From Raillietiella orientalis (Eukaryota): a stretch of 64,000 bases of DNA. Of this stretch, positions 39,761 through 53,230 are shown one piece after another. Location of the stretch: positions 3,224,001 through 3,288,000 of the forward strand of contig JAYWIR010000019.1 of assembly GCA_036172245.1 (NCBI GenBank), written 5' to 3'. A program made the position numbers and the translations under genes. The notes under the pieces are model-generated. The model was not told the DNA's origin and did no database searches. It was given only the letters and a program-made list of their open reading frames with translations. Within the stretch, counting starts at the first letter, position 1, and each line of letters starts with the position of its first letter.

Positions 39761-39994
39761 GGTGTTATTCTTTTGTGTGTGTGTGTGTTCGCTCCTGAGC
39801 GACTCACAAGCGGGGGCGACGTGTCCATTGGTGGATTCCCGGCGACCGCTGAACGCGCCGATCGTCGCGCAACGCCGCGCCGTTCATCGGTCTCACGCGC
39901 GTGCAAGTGCAGCGCACACGCCCCGCTATCCCCTCGTGTTCACCCGGATGATTCGGCTGAGAGGAGAATGGGAAGTCAATAAAATGCAGGAAAC

Positions 39995-40089
39995 CTTGGC
40001 AACGTTCTCTGTCGGATTCCAATACACCGCAATAGCGTTGTGGGCCGTCTCTTCTATGCATCCCACTAAATTATAGCTGTTTTTCATGT
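39995..40089 (-). CDS. grh: grh exon D (CP2 domain)
   Basis: tttttag|ac (D)MKNSYNLVGCIEETAHNAIAVYWNPTENVAK |gtttcc; phase 1 to 0. Confidence 0.96.
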
Positions 40090-40179
40090 CTAAAAAAGAA
40101 AAAGGAAAAAAAAAAAAAACGTTAGTAGGTTTTGTTCAGTGGGTCTGAGCAGCTGCGAGGAAGCAAGGAGGGAACCTAC

Positions 40180-40291
40180 CGACGTCCAGGATCCTCTGCT
40201 TGATGCTGTGTTGTCTGCTGTGCCAGAACTGCCAGGCCTTGATCTCGTCCTCCGGTTCCTTCTCGTCGCGAAACATCAACGTGATCACGCT
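40180..40291 (-). CDS. grh: grh exon C (CP2 domain)
   Basis: ttcttgcag| SVITLMFRDEKEPEDEIKAWQFWHSRQHSIKQRILDV g|gtaggt; phase 0 to 1. Confidence 0.97.
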
Positions 40292-42869
40292 CTGCAAGAA
40301 TTAGCGAGGTTTCCATGGCGTCTCTTGCGAAGCGTCCGGCTGCTCGGGAAGCAAGCCGGGAGCCGACGCGAAATGCTCGCGCGCTTCCACTCTTGGGGAC
40401 AGACGAAGGGAAACCTCCGGCAGGTGCGGAAGGGACCGCCGACCGCGGCGGAAAACGAAAGTGGAAAGGGTGAGGGAGCGGGAAGGAGTAACGCGTCGAA
40501 AGAGTGGGGAGGGAGGGGGGCGAGGCAGCCGCGGAGGAACCCGGAGTACTGCGCCCGGAACGAGAGAGAGAGAGAGAGAGGAGGGGGGTAAGACAGGTGC
40601 GCGTAGGGACCGATCGCGCGGGCTGATTGACTTGCTCTCGGCCAAGCCGCTGCTAAAAATAGAACTCTCGCAAGGAAGAGCGATGGAAGAACTGCACTCC
40701 TTCTGCACTCCCCCCCTTTCGAGGGGGCGCCAGCGTGGGTTCGCAGCAAACGAACGGGTCGGCGAGGTAATCGGACCCCAGCGGGAGAAGACTTCGCTTC
40801 GGGGATGCGGCCGAGCTGCTCCAGGTTCCCCCGTGCATCGAATCCAACGACGTGCGGGGGCGTGCCAACTGGGGCGTTTGCGACCTACCCGCCTCCGTGC
40901 GCGCGTGGGCGAAAATGCCGCCAGCCCACATGCTGTGCAGCCATGCCTTGCACGCGTACGCCAGGAATTTGCGCGCCGCTTGCGTCATGTAGCTGCATCT
41001 CCATATGAACAACAACTGGTACTTTCCAGTCGCCGCGCTTGGATGCAGCCATCTCGCCCCTTCATCTTCCGGATCCGCTCCCTTCTTCAGTGAGGTCTCG
41101 GATCGACCCTCGAGGCGCTACTCTCAAGAGGGAGATCGGAGGGTGTCTGGGGATGCTGCACGAACCACGCCGCGCGACCTCATCGGATGGCAACGTTCGC
41201 ACGCACGGCGTCGCACTCACAGGCAGCACGCCGCGAACAAGGAGCAGCATCTCTATCGTTGCTGAGCAACGGGAGTCGACGCCTTCTAGAGCGGAAGGAG
41301 GGGATGCGTGGTGTCGGATGTCGGCGGAAAGGATGCGATTTTCAAGGACGGCTCTTTTCTTCCGCCCGAATGGCACCCTTCAAGCCGAAGAAGACGAGCG
41401 ACTACGCCTAGGACGGCGTCCGTGTGCTGTCCTTTGACAAAAAGGAAACGTGAAGAAACCATCTGGGATCCCGGCCTTCCTCCAAGGGCACGGGAGAGCC
41501 TGAGGGACTCTGGCTCCGCGAAGGGAGGATGTCGGCGGATGGATACGTGCACACTGCGCGCGAGGAGGAGGATTTCAAACGACCGCGGGAGAACCTGAAA
41601 CTGTCAACTCACTTCCGGGTCTCACGAACCGGTCAAGGCGGCCGGTTACCCGGGAAAGGGAGATGCCAGGGCCCTCATCCAGGCACCGTCTCCCCCAGCT
41701 TTCATCAGGAGGATGAAGAGAAGACGGCATTGCAACGTTCTCCCTGCATCACAGGAAGACGAAAGTGAAAGGACCCACTCTGGATGACACTGATTTGGAA
41801 GAGACGGAAGCTGGAAACAAGCGAACCGGGGATCAGCTGTCATCTGCTGAAAAATCAGGAGATAACTCTGTTTCCTGCATCTCTACCTCGGTTTGCATGG
41901 ACACAGTACAGTGAGATGTATAGAGCCACTTGAGTACATAAGCAAGCGTACATTACTAAAGAGGCTCTTATGCAGTGCAGCAGGAGGGCAATGTAACCAC
42001 CCTACTGCATACCTCCCTTGTACGCATGCTTTGCTAGCCGGAGGTGGAATCACCAGTGATGCAAGAGAGAAACCGGAAGCGGAGGGAGGGAATCTCTCGC
42101 ATTCCGGAATCGCTGCGGATGTTCCTGGATGACCCAGCGACTGGAGTGAACACACACCTCCCACGCTTCTGCGCCAACTCGACGACTCGGATGGAGAAGC
42201 GGAGAGAGAGCTGGGCGCAGAAGGCCCGTTGCTCCTTCGAATGGCCTGCCGCCTCCACCGCCACCGCTTTAGGCGCCGATGGAGCACGAGGCGAGCCGAC
42301 AAAAGGGGCAGATCTGAGCTGCGTCGCGTTGCTGTCTCAGAAGGAAGGGCCGGCGAAGGAGATGTTCTGGTGACCTCTTTCCAGGAGTTGCCCAGGAAGG
42401 TAGAGAGGGTCTCCATTGAGGCAGCAGAGTCGCTTCCGGGAAAGAGACAACGGCAAGGGAACGTTTCCTACCGACGAAAGAAGACCGTTTGCGGATGTCC
42501 TCAAAACTCCAAAAGAGTGACTCACGTTGCGCGCTGCGACCTTCTCTTTGATTGTGCAACGTTCCATTCAGAGGGACCGACGCAATGCCGGGGCACCAGC
42601 AAAGTCATGGTAATCGGAATCCAACCCTCTTGTTTCTCCTAAGCGACCTCACAAATAGCTTTTGTGACGAGGTTGACCTCATTACAAGTTAATAAATTTG
42701 ATGATAAATGCCTTTGCTGATGAAAGATTCTCAAGAGGCGGAAGATATTTCAACAGTACCCAAGGGAAAGAGTGAAGAAAACTGTGAGTGTTTTTGTAAG
42801 TTTCCTACCAAGAAATTGCAAACACCACTTTACCAGCAGTCTGAAAGTCACTGGCAAGACCTTCGTAAA

Positions 42870-44050
42870 CACTGAAACACGAGGCTAGCACCATGATGAG
42901 GGAATGGGACGCCTGGCACACTTCGAAATCATCTGCGGATAGTTATGTGCGACATCTTTCGGGTACTGCCTCATCCGCTTTGTCATCGCAAAAGTTGCCT
43001 CACGGCGTCCTCACAACTCTACAGAGTACTGCCCGTCATACCCCAACGTCCTGAAGAAACTGGCAAGCATTGGAGCATCCAAGTGATGCCACCCATTTGG
43101 TATTCGAAAACCACTCTTGAGATGAGAACTCACAGCTTCCGCTATGGGTCAATCTCGCGGAAGCGAAATGCAGGATGACAAGAACATCGGCAAGGGACAT
43201 CCACATTGGATCGATTCCAAGTGCACAAAAGAGAAGCCAGAATTCCAGTGTTTCCTGATGGATGCCAAAAAGAAAGGTGCTCCTCCAACCACGGAGGGTC
43301 TTGCACATTGGATCGCTTTTCCTTTTGCAACGATGAAGAATTCGTCACCACACCGACCTATCCATCCCTATCCATCCTTCTGCTCCAACGTACTAAATAG
43401 TCCCACGCACTAAATAGATGCAAGAAACACGTTCCTCTGTCCATGGCACGCCGCGACGCGATTCAGGAAATCATCAGAATGGCCTCAGTGGATGAAGCAA
43501 AATGGAGTCTGTGTCAAGAAACCAGAGAGTACCAGGAACAGCTTCCACCCTAAAACCGGAACTGGTCATGAAAAAGAGAAACCGGATGCGCGTGCTAGAC
43601 GTCTGCTATCCATACGGAAATGGAAGAGAGACGTTCAGCACAGCCAGGAAGGACAGGGAAGGGAAATATAAAGACGTAGCACCACAGCTGGAAATCAAGG
43701 CAAAGTACGCGTTTATCGTTGGCTCTCTGGGAGCATGGGATCCCAGTAATGAAGAAGTATTACAAGATCTAGGAGTACCAAAGAAGACGCTGGTGGAACT
43801 GAGGCACCGGATGACGGCTGCTTGTATCCGGTACTCAAGTGATATCTATGCAGCCCACGTCGCAAGGAAAACCGACAGCTAGCCGGAGAATCCAGACTTT
43901 CTTCTCGCACCGTACGAAAACCAGGAAGCGGAGGAAGTATCATGAAGATGGGGCGAAGAGCTCCTCAGGTGAACAGAGGAGTAACTGCGAAAGATTGTCC
44001 AAAACCCCCTGCAACCAGTTATGTAACTGCACACATAAACAACAAAAGTT
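42870..44050 (+). mobile_element. decayed 3' fragment of an RLE-endonuclease non-LTR retrotransposon (Utopia/NeSL-like), antisense in a grh intron
   Basis: 43401-43500 reads SHALNRCKKH...ARRDAIQEII (CCHC knuckle and RHNAI-like motif). After a frameshift, 43502-43882 reads NQRVPG..LKPELV...VLDVCYPYGNG...F..AR..R..KY...AFIVGSLGAWDPSN..VL..LG...I.YSSDIY..H, typical of the Utopia/NeSL RLE domain. A short 3' UTR ends in an A-rich stretch. The 5' boundary is approximate and no RT is recognisable. Confidence 0.85.
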
Positions 44051-45298
44051 TTTTGCTCCTTTCTAGGGAAATAAGGTCTTAGGCGATGCAACCCTTTTTT
44101 TTCTTTACGAGGTGAACACACCGAGTGCCGTTCCCAAGAAGAATGCAAGAGACCGAATCTGAAAAAATTGTGGAACTCTGAGAGCTAGAAAACGAGGAAG
44201 CTCTAGGCTGCAACGAAGTAATTCAATGAAAAATTTCATAGTTCTGGATGTGCCTACGACAGTAGACTTTTTGGAATCAGAAACCGACCGTCGCTCCTGG
44301 GGCAGAGTTCCTCTTTCAGTTCAAGAAGCGCAAAGCAACGTTCAAGAAGCGAGATCAGTCTATAGGCAGGAGATCTCTGGCAATCGCAAGAGCAAAGAAC
44401 AAAGCAAAAGGAAGGCTTCGATTCTTCTGCGAACAATCTTATTTATCATGAATGATCAGTGTTTTAACTGTTTCCATGGGAACCATCGGCGGTGCAACTC
44501 TTGGTTGATGAATAAGCCAAGAATTGCATTCCTGGGATTTGCTGCAAGCACTGGTAGCAAGAAAAAGAGCCAAAGGGAAGCAATCTCAGCATAGGTTCTC
44601 GTGAACTAAAAGTCACCGTGCATCCGTTGCAGAAATGCAATTTTAGGGGTGCTCTCACGGTTGTCAGCGCGACGCAATCGGCTTTCCGCTGCAACCAGAG
44701 CAAAAAGCGTTTCCTCGACCTTAATCATTCACATCGGTCCAGTTCCAAACGGTCCTCCTTGGGAGGCAGTTATTTGCAAGCTTTGGAATTCTTTCGCGGA
44801 AAGCAAACCGAGGTGCAGTCTTGTTCAAGGTAGGCGTTGCGCGCCTCAACCACCGCCTCGCGAGCGCTGACCAAAGAGCCTCGGAGCGAACGACTCGCAT
44901 CCAAACGCTGCGATTCTAAAATGCAACGAGGGGTAGCGGGCAGGATGCAATTTCGGGTCCGATGTGTGCAATGGATTCCCGAAGGTACCCGAGCATCCAG
45001 TCATTCATCACTGAGTAGGCATCGCGAGCGATGAATGATCGGATGATGCGAACTTCAGGAAATCATCGCTCTTTTCGGCATCGCAGGAGTCCCTGCAAGG
45101 ATGGGAGCCTTCCGGGCTCTGCCGTGAATAAATCCCAACTCCAAACTTGGTGTGCCAAGATATCAGAGCGGAGGCGAAGGAAGCGCTCGTCTTCCCGGAG
45201 AGGGAGAGGAGGATAAGAAGTGAAAGGATAATTCGTGAGCAACGTCTACGGGGTTATGAAGGATATTTGTGACGCTAATGAGTTTCGCTTTGAAATAC

Positions 45299-45464
45299 CT
45301 TCACGGTCGGGCTTTTCAGCGAAGGCTTCTCTGGATCTGCAGTGTACTCCAGCGTTATGGGGTAAAATTGACCTTTGTTAATGTAGGTGATGCGGTCATC
45401 CTCCCGTCTCTGGCTCGTAGAAATAGGGGATTCTAAAAAATAACGGAATCCAAAAGAAGAGTAC
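45299..45464 (-). CDS. grh: grh exon B (start of CP2 DNA-binding domain)
   Basis: ttttatttcag|g [55 protein letters not shown] |gtattt; phase 2 to 0. Confidence 0.96.
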
Positions 45465-45511
45465 CTGAAATAAAAGCATATTTTGCTTTCGAAAAGAGTT
45501 TTTTTTTTTTT

Positions 45512-45545
<34 letters not shown>

Positions 45546-48500
45546 TGAACCCTAAACTGAGCACTAGGTTGGCCACCGATTCGTCAACCGTTTCACTCGA
45601 TTTCAGGTCCACCGCTGACTACGTTGGAGGTTTGGAAATTTCGGGAAATATCGTCTAGCCCGAGCGCTACGTGGCTGAATTGGTCCTGGAGTCTCCGGAG
45701 TCGTGGTTTGCGACCGCAACATCCCTCACATTGGGACCAGCCAACTGCACTGATCTCGGCTCCACATCTTTCAGCATTCCGAGGAACTTTCGTTGAGATC
45801 GTGTGCCCAGCTCATGGGTTCGCGCACGGTCAGAAGGTGGGGCAAGAAGCTTTTGTGATTACAGGCTCTTCTTTCGTAAAGTTTTCATCTGCCTCAAAGT
45901 CAACGTTTTGTTGTGATGCTGTCTTGTTTGCTCGTGCAGATGCCATGGAGAGAGGCACCCAACTGCAACCATTACATTATGATCTTACGTCAGAAAAAAA
46001 AAATACACATATCGTCGTTCGTGATATTCGCACTGAAAGAAGCAAATAATCACTTTTTTTGTTGATGCACCGAATATTCTCGCAGTCTCGAACGCAACGT
46101 TGGTATTCACCAGCGTGGCGTTCACCACACTCCCGTTGGTATTCCTCTTCCAGAACGACCTTAGGCAAATCAACTCGAAGCAACTTATCTCGGAGAGAAT
46201 CTCAATTCAAGTCACTGGCAGAATGAAAAAAGTAATGGTTTAACGAATAATACCAAGGGAAGCGAGGACTTTTTCAAAGCACCAACAGCCTCAGGTGTCA
46301 TTGAACAGAAAAGATTGAGAGTGGCCATCAAAGCATAAAGGAGGAACATCAATATGACAGCGTTTTTTACACTGGAAAGATAATGCTACTCTAATCCAAA
46401 AACTAATAAAATCTTCCCGGCAGGTGATGCAATCTTCTTTCTTTCTCTGTTCGATTCTTGACGTTCTTCCTTCTTAAAGAACGAAAAAAAAAAAAAAAAA
46501 ACAGGACAGATAAATTGGTTGTAAATGATCTGAGAAAGCGTCTCTGAGACATCGATTTTGAGGATAACCTGAGAGCACAGTGGACTGCCGTTTTAACCTT
46601 TAAGAAACTTTCTTTTGTGGCATCGCCCGTGTCCCAGAAGGACGGAACTGCTTAGTGACCAAAAATAGGCAAGCCCTCAAACTAAACTCAGTCAACTCTC
46701 GAAAGAAAAGTCAGCTGAGTGTTCTCACTCCTCCACGACTGTGGTCTGATTTCTAAGGGGTCCTTTACTTTCTCGAATGTTCTCATCACAAATGAGCCCG
46801 GAAACCATTCCCAGTCACAAATTCTTAGCAGAGGACACTCCGATGCTGTTCTCCTATTCCAACAAGAGCACGGAATTCGGATGACTTTTCGTGTAAATGC
46901 CCCCCAGTGAATCTAGAACGATCGATGTCCATTTCTGGCCAGCTGCTAAATGCGTTTTATCCTTTCCTGTGCTACGAACCAATCTCTTAAGGAGTCTGTT
47001 GTCAGTCTAGCGTGATAGCAATAGCTTTGATCTGGTCCGTTTTATAAAGGGCGAACCAGACTGCACATTCAGCAGCACATCAGCCAGGCCACATCATTCT
47101 CCCCTGATAGGAATTTCCATTCAGAGTTTCAAAAAGAAAACTGAGTAGTTGTTGTTCTATGAAACACGATTGTGGCTATCGCTACTCTTACCTTGCTGCT
47201 TTTTTGTTCTCAAGAAGAAAACCTTAGGTTTCTTGATGCAGAGGTTCAGCGTGAGGCTACGTTAGCTGAACAGCACAAGTACTAATACATTATTCGAAAA
47301 TCGATGATAATTACAAGTTGATGCTTTGTATGATTGACGAATGTTTCAATTACTGACGTTCTACCACATTCTGCGCTTGCAGCTGAAGATAAATAGCAGT
47401 AAGAGTCATTCCTGATGATTGTTCTTCATTGTGATTCAATCCGCGTTATTGCCGACCGTTCTTCCGTGAAGACCAGAAGGCACTGTATGTGCTTTCGATT
47501 TTTTCTGGACTTCACCTATTTCTAAGTATCCTGAAACCTCTAATGATGTTAGGAGGATTTTCCCTGGCTTCAGATCTTAAGCTCTCACCTATAACAGTAG
47601 AACCTGACCTTCAGTCCGAAAGAGAAACAACAAGGAAACCAAAGAAACAAGATTGAAAATTTCACCCGACTCATTCTGCATTAACTGGAGGCGAGAATTG
47701 TGCCAGCACATCTCCGAAACAAATCTGCATCAGCAAGATTTGCTGCTCATCTTATATTGTTCCCAGTTACTAAGTTTTAAGACGTGCACAAAACGGTTGC
47801 GAACGATTCATGGATTGAAGCGCGATGTCGGTAAGGCAGAAATGAGGAAAATGGCGTTTGAAACGATGGGAACACCTCTCACTACAACCGTACTGAACTG
47901 GAATACGGGAGATGTTAAACTGTGATGAAGAAATACCATCCACACAATATTAGAAAGGAAAATTACTCATGGCACCACGCTTGCAATTAAGTATTCTTTT
48001 TTTTTTTCTTCTACATGCCAGGGGTCTTTGGATTCCACATTTCGGTCATATACAGCCATAGACTAAAACTATGAAGAAATCTTTATTTCGACGAGCGTCG
48101 TGGATTTCGGAAAAACGAGAGAAATAAAACAGTGCTTTTGCTGTGATAAATTGACTCGAAAACGATGTCATGAAGATAATTACAACTTCTGAACATGAAT
48201 ATAAAGAACGCGGGCAAAAGAAGTTAATCACAAAAACGGAATCACAAAGATCAAAATGAAATTACGTGATCTACACAGTACGGGAAAGACCTGGATTTAG
48301 CTCAGAGGTCATCTCCATGGAGCATGTTCAAGACTCTGGAGAGGAAGCATTCTAGGGGTCGGATCAGTCACAAATCTTCAGAACTCGAAGGATTCCTGAA
48401 GATTTGCCAGATTCTGCAGAGGCAATTTATATCAATTCGACTGATTAAACTTTTCTCATGGTATTCTGATTTTTTTTATTTTCGGTCCATGATTCGCTTC

Positions 48501-51500
48501 ACCGATGAGCTCACTGCTTCCGCATCTCTGCTCACATCTCAAGCAACATGGCTAAATAGGCGATGCATCACTCTCCAGCAGTTTAATCTCCATCTGATGA
48601 GCACTACTTCTATGTGTTAATTATCTACTCGATCATTGAGCAGTTTTTATAAACTCGAAGTTATGCGGATGTGTTTATCAATGCAAATAATCAGAGCGAA
48701 GAGTTTTTTTTTTTTTTTTTTTCCCCCTCCAAAGTGCACTTAATGTCCAGGAAAGGATGAAAAGCGCTGAATGAACGAAGATTCAGGACGACAGAGGATC
48801 AAATCGTAAAGTCCACGCGGTCACCTAAGAAAACAAGGTGTTTTGAGCTACGTGTTCTTCGGTCATGAGGCGCAATGCAGATTACAGCCATCCCATGTAC
48901 AAAATGAATCCAACGCCGACATCATAGACGTTCCCACCAGTGTTGATCTTCGTACAAAGACAACTGTGCTGCTCTGTGCATACTTTAAGTTCCAGAGGCT
49001 CCTTTACGACATGTTTCAGCACCAACGCCTGAACAGAGAATTGCTTAATCTTCAGCTCTGTTGCTACTTAAGGATCAGGAAGAGTTCCAAGACTCAGAAG
49101 CCATTCTTTGATTTTTTCATCTCATGCATTGAAAAAAAAAAAACAACAACAACATAAACATCCACTAAAAGGCGACGCACGTATAACTGCGCAGAATCGG
49201 AACCATTAGGAAATAAAGCGGATTTTTTTTTATCTGGTCGACAGCCACAGATTAGGGATTTTCCAATATTTTCTTCTCCCTCCTCAAAATCTGACTATCT
49301 GAGAATCTGAGAGAAAACCTTCGAGAGCGCGAAAACTTCCGATCGAAAATCAGACAACTCTCATGTGCAGACATTTGGTGGATGCTGTGGTTAGCTTTGA
49401 CAAGCATCATGGACGATTTTTTATCTCAGATCTCTTTGTACTCCAGAGAGCATCTCGACCACAGCTGGGACGTGCTTCCAGCGTTTTTCCCACCACAAAC
49501 TCAAACAGGAGATGCACTGAAAGTGTAAACCCGGCTCTTCAGATTCAACGGCTCAGATAGTGAGGCGAACCACTAACAGTAATTCTGGAACACCTACCAA
49601 GATTATATCGACGTTCATTCATCTTTTTTAGGCACTTGTTTAAGAGCAAGAGGATATAGCGATGACGCGGAAGTTATTTCTGTCTCCACACACTTTAATG
49701 CTGGTCTTGGACCCAAAAGTACACACCACGATCCTATATTCTCCACGTTAAAGAAAAATGGGATAAAGGGTTTCGAAGTCAACAGGATAACTTTTCCTGC
49801 ATTTGTATCTCAAGTACGACTTCTGCGTATCTGTCATGTATGCGTGTGTATTTCATTTGCTCGCAGCTTCCAGCTGACACCGTAATCCATCCTTAGCTTG
49901 CCTGGATTCATTCACTGATCAGTCATTTCTTTTTATCAACTTTCATTCTAGAGGCGTTCAGGAATCGCTTTTTTTTCTTTTTTTTTTTATTCTTCCGTTC
50001 TCTTTCTAGACTGTTCGATGTGGCTGCGACTACGCTGGACCTAGGCTAGATTAGCTTGAGATTTCCTCTTCTTTTCTGACATTCCATCTCATGTAGCTTC
50101 TTCATTGCAAGGCACAACACTCCCTTAACTCTTAACGGTTTTCCAATTATTTCTAGTTATTGCTATTTATGTATTTACTTTTAGTTGAAAGATTTTCGTC
50201 CCTTCTGGGAAAATCACTCGTATCGTGTAGAACGCAATTGACTCATGAAGACTTATGGACTGTTTCCATTTTTGTTCGCAGCTCCGCGAAGACCACAGGT
50301 GCGGAAAAAATGATATCACCAATTTCTATGTGATATCGCAACGGGAGCAAGCGCCGAGATGAAAGATGCCTTAGCGCGCATAGAATTTCCTGGACCTACG
50401 CCTATGCTGCTGTGCAAAGTGCTGTGCAAAAAGTGGTACGTGAAGAGCTACAAGCTGCCTCACCATCAGCAGTAATGCTACTGATATAAGGATGAAATGT
50501 CAATGTTCTTGCACCTGCATCTTGGGATTCACACCCCGCAATGGAGAGACCTCCTCTTTTTCCGCTTGATCAAATCCATTGCAGTCTGAGGATCTCGGAA
50601 CATCTGCAGACGGCAGCACGGAAAGCGTATCTCATCGCTAATCTCATTTTATGTGACTCTGTTAACCAGCTAGGGATACAGTGAGGATGAAACTCCACCA
50701 ATTTACACTGGGAAATCTTCCTGCTTCTCTCTTGGACGGCATTCAGCAAAGAGGCATTTTTTCTGCTCTCGTTGAGTTTCTGGAAGAACATCTCTCAGAG
50801 CTGGAATTTCCAGATTCCGAAGCGCCGAGGCATGTGCTGCCGTGCAACACGAAAGCCAGTCCACAGTTAATGAATCGAATTGAAATCGTAGCGACACACC
50901 ATGTCAACTTTTGTCGTGGCTACGTGCCGGTGAACTCTTGAACCCCATAACCAAACCAAAAAAGTTCAGACAGCAGGCCAAAGCATAAAAACGGAAGACA
51001 CACTCGAATTTTCTGGATGCTAGAATGCAACGCATCTTTGGTCTGCTGACTGCACCATGCGAAGCTGCAGAGAATCACGGAATCCGAATAGAAAAGAGCC
51101 ACCTGCTTCGAAATCTGAAAGATCCTTCCGAAGATTGTTCCAGGGAGAGATTTCTGGACACCCGAACAATTTCTGTCCTAACATCAAAGGAAGACAGGCT
51201 AGCGATTGCGCCATGAAGTTCGCGGTGAGGTGGCGTACACGAAGGCGAAAGCTTCTTGCGAAAAATGAGAAAAACAAAGATGCAGATTGAGGAGACTGTG
51301 GACCTCGATCTGTAGTTTGGCAGGAATGCCTTCCTATTTGCAGAGGGCTCGTAGCGAAGACTTTCCCAACGAAACCTTCCGATTACAAGCACTGGTTGCA
51401 GTAAAGGTTGTTTAATGAGCCGTTTCGGACTGGCCAATGCGGCCTCGTATAGCTCAGAACAAGAGAAGCTGACCGAAGTTGTGTTTCAAAGTGATTTCTG

Positions 51501-53230
51501 CCGGTGCGTTTTATTTAGCTGTGGATTCCAGCGACCCCAGGGTTAAAAAAAAGTATGCGTCCTTAGTCTGCAGTTAACAGCACCCTGGAGGATTTATTTT
51601 CCCCTCACCTTGGATGAACATCGTGATGAGTCTTGAGGTCAAGAAAAGGAGGAATTCTGTTCTTTTTGCCGACAGAACTGCTTTTGGAGATTGGATGGAA
51701 ACGGCGTTTGTTCTTGCTTTCCAGGATGCCAGGCGCCTTTCTCCCTGGAGAGTCAAGGACAATCGCGATCACCATGTGCCGTAACAAGGATTTCAAGAGG
51801 AGTCATTCTTGCTGGCATGCTGGGGAACCACCTGATCGTGCACTCTTGTACGCTTGTGGACTATCCGGTGGTTCAGTATGCCACTGGGATTCTAGAATCT
51901 GGCTCCCTTGAGATGATAATGGCTGTTCCCCTCTGTGCAAGGGGAAGGGCAAACACGCACCCTCCAACGTCCCTAATTTCCTGAAGAAAAGTTCCCCTTT
52001 GTATCTTCTCAGGGCTGCTTTGAATTCCCTGGAAGGGATGTGGGGTGAAAGGAAGGTGTTCGTGCGCCAAACCGAATCATCACTCAGTTCCCCTCCAGAT
52101 AGCAACTCATCCTTCTTGCGTTTCGTCTTGGAAACACCCTCCATGCTCGTCTCAGATGAGAACGAAAAGTTCCCCGTAGCCATGAGGAGAGCCCAACATA
52201 GGTGTTCCGGGAAAACAGGGACTCCTTTTTGCCTTTGCTTGGTGCATGCGAAAGCGTGGGAGCACCTGGTAGCAGGACACAGCGTGGAGCTCTTTTCTTA
52301 CTTGCTCATGGGCAAGTTACCCTACAAGTGGGATAACTTGCCCCAGATCCACCCCTAGGTCATCAAAACCGAGATCTTAAACCTCAAGGTCCACGTCGGT
52401 AGCGAAGAGTGGCCAATAAGCTTCTCTGATCCACAAGTGGACGAACACTGGTGAGGATTTCTCTGCGTCGGTGTTGATCGATGCGAATTCTGCCAACCAA
52501 GCCGAACGTGGCCGACTTTCTTCAGCCGGATTTCTCTCAGCCAACCCACCCGAAGCGTTGGATGCGAATGGGGAAGGAGGAAGGGAAGGTTGGAGAGAGA
52601 CCGAAAGAGGAGTTTTTCCCTCCTCCCCCCTTCCCCTTCAATGCAAAAGTTGACATCTTTATAGCTGATTAACCGTCGGAAGGAGATTTTCGTGGGCGAA
52701 AGCGGATCAAACGAGAGAGGGCATCGGAAATCGGGAACGGTCGAATTAAGGAAGCTGTTGTCCACGCCCGTCTGAGTGAACTCAGACAAGGTCCAAGCAG
52801 CTTCGGGCTCGGTTTGTCTCCCCCTGCACGCAATTTGCGACCGGTGGCGCGAGTTCTAAGAACCGCATCAGTGCACATCCACTGAGAAGACGGAGCGATG
52901 CCAATGGAATGCTTAGGCGAGGAAAGCTGCAGATCATCCAAAAAAAAGAAAACTGAATAAATACGTAAAAGCGCAACTCTTGTTCTAGACGGAATCGTTT
53001 TTACGGAGGGTGGCTGACTTGAGGCCAAGAGGCAAAAATCGCAAGGCGTTTGGAGTTATCTCATGATTCATCCGCAAAATGAAGGTGCATTTCGGCTCAT
53101 TCCCGAGCCCCGAGATCATGTTCATGCCAAACTCACTACGAGGACGCGACGGCGCAGAAAACCACCTTGCGTTCTCATTGAGAATTCAACGCAGCTTTCA
53201 GATTCTTTCAATATAAAGTATGGGCCTTAC

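Noticed and set aside
52310..52343. Short bulged hairpin gggcaagtta...taacttgccc
   Set aside because: A 10-bp arm match is weak evidence in a window rich in short inverted and tandem duplications
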